Assembly: GCA_963773285.1 (NCBI GenBank)
Contig: CAVZAM010000033.1
Span: 77,022-141,021, forward strand
Direction: 5' to 3'
Origin: an uncultured delta proteobacterium
GTDB lineage: Bacteria > Desulfobacterota > Desulfobaccia > Desulfobaccales > 0-14-0-80-60-11
DNA: 64,000 nucleotides
Shown: positions 1 to 8,951 of the stretch, in pieces
Layout of the letters: each line of letters begins with the position of its first letter
Numbering within the stretch: position 1 is the first letter of the stretch
The notes under the pieces: generated by a model
Told to the model about the DNA's origin: nothing
Seen by the model: only the letters and a program-made list of their open reading frames with translations
Databases searched by the model: none
Translations under genes and position numbers: made by a program

Positions 1-1
1 C

Positions 2-652
2 AGGGGCGGCTAGTGCTGGGGCCGTCTGGCCGACAAGCCCGTCCTGGTGTTCCAGGGGCGGGTCCACATTTACGAAGGCTACACCCCGGCCCAGGTAAGC
101 ATGCCGGTGCGTCTCCTGGCGGCCCTGGGGGTGAAAAACCTCATCCTCACCAACGCCGCCGGGGGCCTGAACCCCCTGTTCCGGGGCGGGGACCTCATGG
201 TCATCGCCGACCACATCAACCTGCTGGGGGAAAACCCCCTGGTGGGGGAAAACGTGGCGGACTGGGGGCCCCGGTTTCCGGATCTCAGCCAGGCCTATGA
301 CCGCGCCCTCCAGGAACTGGCCGAAGACGTGGCCTGCCGGGAGGGGATCGCCCTGCGCCGGGGGGTTTACGTGGCGGTGAAAGGGCCGAGCCTGGAGACC
401 CCGGCCGAGACCAGGTTCCTCCGGCTCATCGGCGCCGATGCCGTGGGCATGTCCACCGTCACCGAGGCCATCGCCGCGGTGCATGCGGGCCTGCGCCTCC
501 TGGGGTTCTCCGTCATCAGCAACGTCAACCTGCCCGATGCCATGGCACCCATCACCATTGAGGATGTGGTGGCCACCGTGGCGCTGGCTGAAACCCGGCT
601 GGTGAAGCTTATTAAGGGGATTCTGGCAGGAAAAACCACGGCCACGGCCTGA
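2..652 (+). CDS. purine nucleoside phosphorylase, PNP/MTAP family (5' end outside window)
   Basis: The reading frame is open to the window edge. Motifs VHIYEGY, ILTNAAGGLNP, GPRFPD and GADAVGMSTVTE are typical of trimeric PNP family enzymes. Confidence 0.85.
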
Positions 653-752
653 AAGCCCCCGGGGAAAAGGGGGCGTGGGGGTTATACCCGGGTCAGGCCT
701 GCGGCGCGATCTTAAGCACTCGAAAGTACGTTGTTGCTGTTATAAGACGCAG

Positions 753-1055
753 CTATTGTTTTTTCTTCCGGGATTTGCTGCCCTTGGCCCGCTTGGCGGC
801 GGGTTCGCCGGAGGCTTCTTTCTTGGGCGCAGCTTCCCCGGCGGCGGCTTCGGGGACCTCGGGCTTGGCGGCCTCGGCCTCGTGGGCAGCAGGCTTGGCC
901 GCGGCAGGCTTCGGGGCCGCGGGAGCGTTCTTGTCATAAATGTACACCCGCTTGGCGGCGGGCAGGTTTTCCAGGGAAGCGCTGCACTTGGCACAGGACT
1001 TAATGTCGAGCGGGTTGGCCGTCAGGCAGTGAGGGCATTTGAGCCACAGCCCCAT
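753..1055 (-). CDS. small zinc-ribbon protein with Ala/Pro/Lys-rich basic tail
   Basis: An ATG at 1055 is preceded by GGAGGA. It has CPHC...CAKC knuckles and the tail AAPKPAAAKPAA...KSRKKKQ. The longer 119-aa start at 1112 is less likely. Confidence 0.55.
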   Translation of the reverse strand: MGLWLKCPHCLTANPLDIKSCAKCSASLENLPAAKRVYIYDKNAPAAPKPAAAKPAAHEAEAAKPEVPEAAAGEAAPKKEASGEPAAKRAKGSKSRKKKQ

Positions 1056-1181
1056 TGTAGGTCCTCCGAAATGTTTTTTGTTACCATTAACAAACATATA
1101 TGGATTCTTCAACCCTTTTTTTCCGCTTGATGGCCGGAAGGCACCCCGGTCTTACGAGTAAATCCTAACCAGAGAGGCTTT

Positions 1182-1574
1182 ATGAAAAAGCGCATCATCA
1201 CCGCCAAGAAGGCCCCCGCGGCCGTCGGCCCTTACAGTCACGCCGTGGTGGCCGGGCCCTTCGTGTTCGTCTCCGGGCAGATTCCCATCGACCAGCAGGG
1301 GGACATGGTGGCAGGGGACATCGTCGTGCAGACAGTGCAGGTCATGGAAAACCTCAAGGTCATCCTGGAGGCCGCCGACCTGTCCCTCAAAGACGTGGTC
1401 AAAACCACCGTGTTCCTGGCGGACATGGCTGATTTCCCCGGGATGAACCGGGTCTACGGGGAATTTTTCCCGGCCGACCCCCCGGCCCGGAGCACCGTGC
1501 AGGTTTCTGCCATGGCCCGAAACGCCGCGGTGGAAATCGAGGCCGTGGCTTTACGGCGGGACTGGCTGAAATGA
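1182..1574 (+). CDS. ridA: RidA/YjgF family reactive-intermediate deaminase
   Basis: 130-aa ORF with APAAVGPYSHAV..FVSGQIP...TTVFLADMADF..MN.VY..FF...PARSTVQV, the canonical RidA pattern. Confidence 0.9.
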   Translation: MKKRIITAKKAPAAVGPYSHAVVAGPFVFVSGQIPIDQQGDMVAGDIVVQTVQVMENLKVILEAADLSLKDVVKTTVFLADMADFPGMNRVYGEFFPADPPARSTVQVSAMARNAAVEIEAVALRRDWLK

Positions 1575-1680
1575 GGCGGGAAATATCCTAGCGCGTATGG
1601 ACTGAGACCCCCTGGTGCGAGGGCGGAGGGCGGTAACTTCTGTTGCCGCCGGGGGGCCGGGCCCGTCACTAGGGGGAAGC

Positions 1681-2571
1681 ATGCGGACCTTCGAGGAAAT
1701 CAGGAAAAACTTCCATCTTACCGAGGACGAGGAGGACATGCTGCACCGTCTGGCCCCCCTGGTGGAGCCCCGGGCCGACCAGATCGTGGAGGATTTTTAC
1801 CTGTATCTCCTGGAAATCCCCTACACGGCCAAGTTCCTCCAGGACCCGGAGCGCGTCGCCCGCCTCAAGGGCTACCACCGCGCCTGGCTCATGAGCCTGT
1901 TCAAGGGCCCCTTCAACGAGGCTTATTTTCAGCGCCTGATGCGTATCGGTATGGCCCACCTGCGCATCAGGCTGTCGGCCCATTTTGTGTACGTGGCCAT
2001 GAACTTCATGCGGCAGCGCTTAAAGGAGATCCAGGCGGAGGCGGTGGACCCGGCCGACCGGGAGTTGGCCTGCGCCGCCACGGACAAGATCCTCGACCTC
2101 AACCTGGACGCCATCGCCCGGGCCTATCACCAGGCGGAGATGCGCCGCTTTTTTCTGTCCTACCAGTTGGACGACGCCCTCATCCGCTTTGCCCGGCGCT
2201 TCACCTTCGGCCTCAACCTGATCCTGCTGGTGGGCCTCATCGCCCTGTCGGCGGGGATGGTGGTGGTGCTCCTGAGCGACATCGCCCTGATTTTTCAAGG
2301 CCACTTTGACAAGGGCCTGATTTCGGCCCTGGGGTCGCTTTTGGTCTTGTGGCTGGCCATCGAGCTCCTGGAGGCCGAGGTGGACCGCCTGGGGGGCGGC
2401 GAACTGCAACTGAGCCTGTTTGTGGGGGTGGGCCTGGTGGCCTTCATCCGGAAAGTGCTGATCTCCACCTTGTCCCACGAAGATATTCAGGTGGAGTTGG
2501 TTTATCTGGGGGGCATCTTGATTTTCGGCATTATTTACTGGCTGATCGTCCGGGTGGAGGCCAAGAAATAA
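1681..2571 (+). CDS. protoglobin-domain protein fused to a PsiE-like 4-TM membrane domain
   Basis: An ATG at 1681 follows AGGGGGA. The N-terminal ~170 aa resembles a globin-coupled-sensor protoglobin (FHLTEDEEDML..LAP..E...D.IVEDFY.YLL..P....FL, YHRAWL, GMAHLRI). The C-terminus has hydrophobic helices plus ELLEAEVD, as in PsiE. Confidence 0.7.
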   Translation: MRTFEEIRKNFHLTEDEEDMLHRLAPLVEPRADQIVEDFYLYLLEIPYTAKFLQDPERVARLKGYHRAWLMSLFKGPFNEAYFQRLMRIGMAHLRIRLSAHFVYVAMNFMRQRLKEIQAEAVDPADRELACAATDKILDLNLDAIARAYHQAEMRRFFLSYQLDDALIRFARRFTFGLNLILLVGLIALSAGMVVVLLSDIALIFQGHFDKGLISALGSLLVLWLAIELLEAEVDRLGGGELQLSLFVGVGLVAFIRKVLISTLSHEDIQVELVYLGGILIFGIIYWLIVRVEAKK

Positions 2572-2623
2572 GGGCCCAGATCAATTTTCTCGCCAGGCTG
2601 ATTTCTTCGGCCTGAAAAGACGT

Positions 2624-2657
2624 GAGGGCGGACCTGTTGGCTCCGCCTCTTAGATTT
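2624..2657 (+). terminator. possible intrinsic terminator after the protoglobin gene
   Basis: GAGGGCGGA-loop-TCCGCCTC hairpin followed by TTAGATTT. The stem is imperfect and the T-tract is short. Confidence 0.3.
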
Positions 2658-2679
2658 GCTAGTGGCAAGTATCATTCTG

Positions 2680-2925
2680 TGGCTATCCTACTTTAAAATT
2701 TTGAAAAAGATAATCAGCTTGAACCACCGTCTGCCCTTGGAACTCACTGTAATTATTGCTCTATCTGCGTTATCCAGTGACTGCGGCGTTCCTGGCGTTC
2801 GGCTGATCCGCATTATGGCCGGCGCACCGCCTGGGTGCTCATTGCTCTGGCTTTGCGTGGCCGCGGCGCCGCTGCCAAGGCCACCTCCGTCTCCCGGCAA
2901 CTTCCCGATAATCTGTTCCGGAGTA
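2680..2925 (-). mobile_element. degraded IS3-family transposase OrfA remnant
   Basis: Minus-strand translation gives KRFTPEQIIGKL, a typical IS3 OrfA N-terminal signature. Frames break down after that, and no intact transposase or inverted repeats were recognised. Confidence 0.4.
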
Positions 2926-3202
2926 AAACGCTTCCTATATCATCTCCCTACCTCCCATTAATCCATACTCTAACTTAACATGTGGATCAGTTTTCGGGGG
3001 GCAGGTCAAAAAGAATCCCCCGTCGTCTCACGAAGGAAGGCCCCTTGACATCGGCACATAATCAATCTTAATTTTTGAGCCCTGGCAAAGCTTCATCATT
3101 TGAGGAAGAGGCGGAAGGCCTAATGATCGTAAAGGTTAACAGATACTCCATGTGCACCTCTTCCAACTATCCCTAACTACCTCTTGGAGACAGGACCCAA
3201 AA

Positions 3203-3489
3203 GGAGGATATATTATCACGGCGGAGGAAGAGGCAGATCAGTGGCTTTTTGCGGTCCGGGACAACGGCATCGGCATCGCGCCGGAGCACCTGAATACGTA
3301 TTTTATGTTTTTCAGCGCCTGCACCAGCGCTCCGAATATCCCGGCACCGGTATCGGGTTGGCCATCTGCAAGAAAATCGTGGAACGCCACGGCGGCCGCA
3401 TCCGGGTGGAATCGGAGCCTGGCCGGGGCGGCAAATACTCTCACGAGGCAACCAAAGAAGACCCCAAGAGCGAACGACAAAAGAATTAA
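3203..3489 (+). pseudogene. histidine kinase C-terminal (HATPase_c) fragment, frameshifted and N-terminally truncated
   Basis: Frame 2 reads [17 protein letters not shown]. Frame 1 continues [40 protein letters not shown]. No HisKA or sensor part lies upstream. Confidence 0.7.
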
Positions 3490-4052
3490 AATCATTGACA
3501 AATTGGGTGGACAGGTAAAGGGGATGTATGCAATTCTCGGAGATTAATGACATTATAATGGTGAATTGGAAGGTCCAGATAGTGGAAACTATCATGAAGA
3601 TTTCCGTAGATTTGCATATCAATCTAACAGGATTACATTTTGCAGGTGGGGGCCAGGTAATTCTCTCACCGAAAGGATCTATGCCCAGATGTCCTTTGCT
3701 ATCGCACTTCCAATCATCCTTTAGCTTGAGCGCCGCAATTCTATCAGCCGCCTGACTACGGCAACACCTCCTCGGAGTCACCTTCCCGGCGTGCCCGTAA
3801 AGTACTTTGATGCACTGATTGTGAAGGCCAGGGGATAGGTGTTAGCTGTTTCTTGTGGCCTCTCAATAATCTTATCCCGTGTTCCAAGGGATACTTCGCC
3901 AATGGTTTTGAGGATAGATTTCATGGCAAAAACCTTCTCTGCCCCACAATTTCCGACGGGGCACACGCAATGCCTTTTCTCTCTCCATGGACAGCCTTTT
4001 TCTCCGGGGGGAGGCTCACGCCTGATCCCCACAGGATATAACCATACGCAAA

Positions 4053-4747
4053 ATGATCGAGGAGGCCTTGCGCAACTCGGAGGAGAACCTGCGCTATCTG
4101 GCCTCCCAGCTCTTAACCGCCCAGGAGCGGGAGCGGCTGCGGATCGCCACGAGCTGCACGATGACCAGGGGCAGTCCCTGCTCCTCTTGAAGATGCTTTT
4201 TAGCAGCATAACCCAAGATTTGCCCCGGACGCGGAGGCGCCCCGCCAGCAAAGCCTCAACGCCATCGACAGTGTCCAGGACATCATCGACAGCGTCCGCC
4301 GCCTCTCCCAGCATCTGTTCCCTCCATTCTCACTAGATGGGACTTAAAGTGGCCTTGCAAGACTTCATAAAGGAATTTTGCAGCTACTACAACATTACCG
4401 GTGCCACAGACATCGACGAAGCGGGGCCGTCGCTGCTGCCGGATGCCGCCCTGATCATCCACCGGATCGTGCAGGAGTCATTGACCAATATCGGCAAATA
4501 TTCCCAGGCGACCAGTGTGTCGGTATCCCTCAAAGCAAAGGAAGGCCAGTTGTGGTTGATGGTGGAAGACAACGGCATCGGCTTCGAAGTTGAGGAATTC
4601 TACGCCCGGCCGGGCCGGCAGAGGGGCTTGGGGCTGACCTCCATGGAGGAGCGGGCCCGCATGCTGGGGGGCACCTTTCAAATCCGGAGCCAACCGGGCC
4701 TGGGCACCAGGATTGACGTCGTGGTGCCTTTTCAGCGGCACAGCTAG
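4053..4747 (+). pseudogene. HisKA_3 (NarL-partner type) histidine kinase remnant with multiple frameshifts
   Basis: LLTAQERERLRIA lies in one frame and ELHDDQGQSLLLLKM (H-box) in another. An intact HATPase_c (4337..4747, VEDNGIGF...GLGLTSMEERARMLGG) follows. There is no sensor domain. Confidence 0.75.
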
Positions 4748-4849
4748 AGCTGGCAATCAATAATTATCCTGCCGGAACCGCAGCATCTCCCCGCCGGGAG
4801 CTGTCCCGGCCGCTCGTAAAACGCCGCAAGACCTCCGTTTTATTTGGCA

Positions 4850-5839
4850 TCACTCCGGTGATCCCTCATGGGACCAGGGCGGGGTTTCGGGAGACGGGGC
4901 CGGCTCCGAGACCCCCGGGGTTTCGGCGAAGCGCAGGGGCAGGCGGATGGTGACCGTGGTCCCCCGTCCCACCTTGCTGTCGAGGGTAATGACCCCCCGG
5001 TGCTCGTCCACGATCTGCCGCACAAACACCATGCCTAAGCCAGTGCCCCCGATCTTGGTGGTGTAAAAGGGCACGAAGACCTTGTCCACCACGTCCGGGG
5101 ACATGCCCCGGCCGTTGTCCTGGATGATCAGGAGGCCGAAATGCTTGTCCTGGAGGGTGCGCACCAGGATGGTGCCCCCGGGGCGGCTGGCCTCGATGGC
5201 GTTCCGCAGCAGATGGGCGATGGCCACCTTCAGGAGGTGGGTGTTCAAACGGCCCATGAGGGGGACGGAGCTCAACTCCACCACCAGGGAGAGATTCTTG
5301 CCCCGGACCTCAGGCCTGGTGAGCTCCAGGGTCTCTGCGACGATGCCGTTCAAGTCCTCCTGGGAGAAAAACGACGACTTGCGCTGGGCCAGGGTCTCGA
5401 AGCGCTCCACCATGTCCTCGATGTGCCGGGCCTCCTCGGCAATGGCCTTGAGCCAGGCCCGGGTGGGGTCTTCCTGGTCGGTCTTCTTGAGGAGGCGGTG
5501 GCTGAAGCCCCCGATGATGTGCAGGGGATTCCTGATGCCGTGGGCAATGCCCAGGGCCATCTCGCTCATGGTGCGCTCCATCACCAGGGCCTCCATCTCC
5601 CGGTTGAGGGCGAGAATCTCGTGGCTGGTCTCCTCCAGGTGGTGGTGGTCTTCCTCCATGCGGTGGTAGAGGCGCCGCATGCGGGAGAAAAACAGGGTGA
5701 TGGTGGCGATGGCTACGTAGACGATGCTGTCGATGCCTCCCATGAGGCGGCGCAGCATGTCAAAGGTGAGGGAGGAGCCATGGAATCTCGTAAAATCCTG
5801 GATAAAGTGGGAGACGATGTGGGTGCCGGAGAAGACCAC
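4850..5839 (-). CDS. sensor histidine kinase (HisKA + HATPase_c)
   Basis: H-box GIAHGIRNPL, N-box LLRNAIEA, and G-boxes QDNGRGM and GGTGLGM. The N-terminal TM region continues in another frame up to 6002, suggesting a 1-nt shift near 5870. Confidence 0.85.
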   Translation of the reverse strand: MVFSGTHIVSHFIQDFTRFHGSSLTFDMLRRLMGGIDSIVYVAIATITLFFSRMRRLYHRMEEDHHHLEETSHEILALNREMEALVMERTMSEMALGIAHGIRNPLHIIGGFSHRLLKKTDQEDPTRAWLKAIAEEARHIEDMVERFETLAQRKSSFFSQEDLNGIVAETLELTRPEVRGKNLSLVVELSSVPLMGRLNTHLLKVAIAHLLRNAIEASRPGGTILVRTLQDKHFGLLIIQDNGRGMSPDVVDKVFVPFYTTKIGGTGLGMVFVRQIVDEHRGVITLDSKVGRGTTVTIRLPLRFAETPGVSEPAPSPETPPWSHEGSPE

Positions 5840-5998
5840 AAAGGCGGTGGCCAGCCAGTTGAAGAAAAGCCAGAGGGCGTTTTCCGGGTTCCTGGGCCAT
5901 GAGGCGGCGGGAGTATCGCCAGGCCATGAAAGTGAAGATTATGACCAGAAAGCCGGACAGGTATTCCAGCAACCAGACGGGGAAAAGCGGCAGGGCGA

Positions 5999-6508
5999 TC
6001 ATGAGCCTCTGGTCTCCGAATCACGGCTGAACCGCTTCAAACAACGGTAAAACAGGTAAAAGGCCGGGATCAGCAACAGAAAGTGAGTGATCTTGGTGAC
6101 GTAGAAGGCCCAGCATTGCCAGTCTTCCATAACGAGCCGGCTGTCAAGGCCGGTCCCCAGGATGACCGGGTTGTGCAAAGACCAGTCCACGGTGTGCCCG
6201 AAAATGGCGTCCAGGTTCCACCAGACCAGGAGCGCACAGGCCCAGATCAGGCTGTTGACTCCCGGTATGCCCCTGAGCTCCCCCCGGTTGATCTCAAATA
6301 TGAAATACAGCATAGCCAGGGCGAAGGTGAGGTGGGCCATCTGGTGGACGTAGGAGCCTTGCGTCTCCCAGAGGAAGTCGAGGGCCAGGGCGGGTTTCGG
6401 GGCGAGAACCACGAGAGCGGCAAGACCGCACAGGATTCGGGTCAGGCGGCGGCACATGGCAAGAGTTCTCCCTGGGGCTATTATTGGGGCACCGGGGGAA
6501 ATTGTCAA
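5999..6508 (-). CDS. polytopic membrane protein, probably part of or partner to the downstream sensor kinase
   Basis: Signal-like N-terminus (an internal ATG at 6457 gives MCRRLTRILCGLAALVVLA) and several hydrophobic helices. The stop overlaps the next ATG (ATGA at 5999-6002). Confidence 0.5.
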   Translation of the reverse strand: MTISPGAPIIAPGRTLAMCRRLTRILCGLAALVVLAPKPALALDFLWETQGSYVHQMAHLTFALAMLYFIFEINRGELRGIPGVNSLIWACALLVWWNLDAIFGHTVDWSLHNPVILGTGLDSRLVMEDWQCWAFYVTKITHFLLLIPAFYLFYRCLKRFSRDSETRGS

Positions 6509-6527
6509 TGCGGGGTTTTTGGGGGGA

Positions 6528-7421
6528 CTAAGTCTGGTAACCGAACTCCCGCAGGGCCCGGGGGTCGCGGCGCCAGTTTTTCCAGACCTTGACCCAGAGG
6601 TCGAGAAACACTTTGGCCTGGAGAAGCTTTTCGGCCTCCTCCCGGGCCTCCTGGCCGACCTGCTTCAGGAGCCCGCCCCCCTTGCCGATGACGATGCCCT
6701 TCTGGGAGGTCTTCTCCACATAGATCACCGCCTGGATGCGCACCAGCTCGGGGCGCCGGCTCTCGTCGAACTCCTCCACCGCCACCGCTATGGCATAGGG
6801 GATCTCCTCCCCGGTGTGATGGAAGAGGCGCTCCCGGATGATCTCCGCCACCAGGAAACGCTCCGTCTGGTCGGTGAGCTGCTCTTCGGGGAACAGAGGC
6901 GGGCCCAGGGGCAGGCGCTGGACAATCTCACCCACGAGAGCAGGGAGGCCGTCTCCCGCTATGGCCGCAAGGGGCACCACCGGCGAGTTGGGGAAAAGGT
7001 TGTGATAAGCGGCGATGATGGGCAGCAGGCGGGGCTTGTCCACCAGGTCCACCTTGTTGATGGCGATGACGAGGGGCGCGGCCAGGGCCTTGATATGGGG
7101 CAGGAGCACCTGGTCCTTGGGGTCGGGGGGGCGGGGCTCCACCAGCCACACCACCACGTCGGCTTCGGCCAGCGCGGAAAAGGCCGCGTCCACCAGGCTG
7201 ACATTCAAGGCTTCCTTGGGGGCCATGACCCCCGGAGTGTCGAGGAACAGGAGCTGGGCCCCGGCCAGGTGCACCACCCCCAGGAGCTTGTGCCGGGTGG
7301 TCTGGGGTTTGGGGGAAGTGATGGCAAGCTTTTCCCCCACCAGGCGGTTCAGCAGGGTGGACTTGCCGGCGTTGGGCCGCCCGATGAGGGCGATGTAGCC
7401 GCAGCGGAAATTGTCGGGCAT
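6528..7421 (-). CDS. era: GTPase Era
   Basis: G1 GRPNAGKST, G3 DTPG and G4 NKVD motifs, plus a C-terminal KH domain (VEKTSQKGIVIGKGG). Confidence 0.95.
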   Translation of the reverse strand: MPDNFRCGYIALIGRPNAGKSTLLNRLVGEKLAITSPKPQTTRHKLLGVVHLAGAQLLFLDTPGVMAPKEALNVSLVDAAFSALAEADVVVWLVEPRPPDPKDQVLLPHIKALAAPLVIAINKVDLVDKPRLLPIIAAYHNLFPNSPVVPLAAIAGDGLPALVGEIVQRLPLGPPLFPEEQLTDQTERFLVAEIIRERLFHHTGEEIPYAIAVAVEEFDESRRPELVRIQAVIYVEKTSQKGIVIGKGGGLLKQVGQEAREEAEKLLQAKVFLDLWVKVWKNWRRDPRALREFGYQT

Positions 7422-7510
7422 GATGGCATTATACCACAGCCCTGCGGTTAGTGGGGGGTCTGAGACCTGCCATCCCGGCCCCTCCTAAATATTCGCCCCA
7501 GGAAGGGCAA

Positions 7511-7540
7511 TTGTTTACGGGCTTGATTTTGTGATATAGT
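7511..7540 (+). promoter_or_regulatory. candidate sigma70 promoter for the tat genes
   Basis: TTGTTT, an 18-nt spacer, then TGaTATAGT (extended -10), about 30 nt upstream of the ATG at 7571. Confidence 0.3.
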
Positions 7541-7570
7541 AATTAAAAAACCTTCTAAACGAGGCCCGCC

Positions 7571-7852
7571 ATGTTCGGCTACAGTTGGGGACCCATCCTC
7601 ATCATAATGGTCATAGTTTTATTGTTGTTCGGGCCCAAGCGCCTGCCCGAGTTGGGGGAGAGCATCGGCAAAGCCATCAAGAGCTTTAAAAGCGCCCACG
7701 ACGACCCGGATACCGTGACTCACTCGCAGGCTACTGCGAACCCGGGGACTTCCTCCGAGGCCGCCAAGCAAACCTGCCCCCAGTGCCATAAAGAGCTGGG
7801 CGGCGACTTTGCCTTCTGCCCCCACTGCGGCCACGGTATGAAATCTGCCTGA
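7571..7852 (+). CDS. tatA: TatA/E-family translocase subunit with C-terminal zinc ribbon
   Basis: The N-terminus ILIIMVIVLLLFGPKRLPELGESIGKAIKSFK is canonical TatA. The C-terminus is CPQC-x10-CPHC. Confidence 0.8.
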   Translation: MFGYSWGPILIIMVIVLLLFGPKRLPELGESIGKAIKSFKSAHDDPDTVTHSQATANPGTSSEAAKQTCPQCHKELGGDFAFCPHCGHGMKSA

Positions 7853-7863
7853 GTGAGGTTCCC

Positions 7864-8187
7864 TTGGGTATCGATATTCCTGAACTCCTTATTCTCGCGG
7901 TCCTGGCGCTCATCCTCTTCGGGCCGGAGAAACTGCCTGAGTATGCCGCCAAACTGGGTCAATTCGTGGCCAAGATCCGCATGGCCAGCACGGAAGTGAC
8001 CAAGCCCCTGCAGGAGGCCCTGCACGCCGAATCGGCCAAGCCTCTGACCACCACGAGCCCGCTGTTGGCGGCGCATTTCTGCCACCAGTGCGGCCACACC
8101 CTGGAATCGGACTTCGTTTTCTGCCCCCGCTGCGGTCTGCGCCTGGACAAGGACAAGGAAAAGACCAGCCAGGACCTGGCGTCTTAG
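7864..8187 (+). CDS. TatA/TatB-like translocase subunit with C-terminal zinc ribbon
   Basis: TTG start. LLILAVLALILFGPEKLPEYAAKLGQFVAKIR is TatB-like. The C-terminus is CHQC-x10-CPRC. Confidence 0.7.
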   Translation: MGIDIPELLILAVLALILFGPEKLPEYAAKLGQFVAKIRMASTEVTKPLQEALHAESAKPLTTTSPLLAAHFCHQCGHTLESDFVFCPRCGLRLDKDKEKTSQDLAS

Positions 8188-8318
8188 CCCCGTTTTATAT
8201 CTCAAGCCTCCTGTCAACGTGAGATTGAAGACTTGATTCGCCCCCTCGGACCCATGAGACCGGCATCATCCTGGAGATCATCAATGCCGCGGCCCGGGCC
8301 TATCACGGGGTCATTCCG

Positions 8319-8714
8319 GTGGACTGCTGGCACGAGCCCTATATGAGCCTGGCGGAATTGGAACGGGAGCTAAAGGCCGGGGTCAATTTCCGGGGCGAAG
8401 AGGCGGGCGGCCGGGTAGTGGGGGTCATGGGCCGCCAGGACCTGGGGGCAGTGACTCTCATCCGACACGCCTACGTGCATCCGGACCGGCAGCGGTCGGG
8501 GGTGGGGGCGCGGCTTCTGGCCAATCTCCTCGCCGAGGTTGCGGGGCCGGTGCTGGTGGGCACCTGGACTGCCGCCCACTGGGCGGTACGCTTCTACGAA
8601 AAAAACGGCTTCACCCTGACCTCCCGCCTGGAAACGGCACGCCTGCTCCGGACCTACTGGACCATCTCAGACCGGCAGATCGAGACTTCGGTGGTGTTGG
8701 CAAAAGATCTATAG
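8319..8714 (+). CDS. GNAT family N-acetyltransferase (N-terminus uncertain)
   Basis: Motif A RQRSGVGARLL and C-terminal FYEKNGF. Upstream in-frame sequence (ETGIILEIINAAARAYHGVIP) lacks a start codon. LIRPLGP lies in another frame across a C5 run near 8241-8250, suggesting a frameshift. Confidence 0.75.
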   Translation: MDCWHEPYMSLAELERELKAGVNFRGEEAGGRVVGVMGRQDLGAVTLIRHAYVHPDRQRSGVGARLLANLLAEVAGPVLVGTWTAAHWAVRFYEKNGFTLTSRLETARLLRTYWTISDRQIETSVVLAKDL

Positions 8715-8760
8715 CCGCGCCTTTAAAGTCCAACGGCTAATGTGCCGGAAGGAATTATCT

Positions 8761-8945
8761 TTCCCCCTCACCCTGACCCTCTCCCCCATCGGGGAGAGGG
8801 AATATCCCGCAAACATTCTCCCCCAGTCTTTTAAAACACATTGCAATTATTTCGCGCTTGTGCGTGCCTTTTCAACCACTTATGCGGGTTGGGAGGGGGG
8901 TGTGGGGGGAGGGCAGGGATGAAATCCCTGGCCCTCCCCCCATAA
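8761..8945. repeat. composite G/C-rich palindromic element (family member)
   Basis: Left hairpin CCCTCTCCCCCATCGGGGAGAGGG (8777-8800). Right hairpin GGGGAGGGCAGGGAT-GAA-ATCCCTGGCCCTCCCC (about 8906-8939). The right end is near-identical to the one at 24572-24611. Confidence 0.8.
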
Positions 8946-8951
8946 ACGCCT

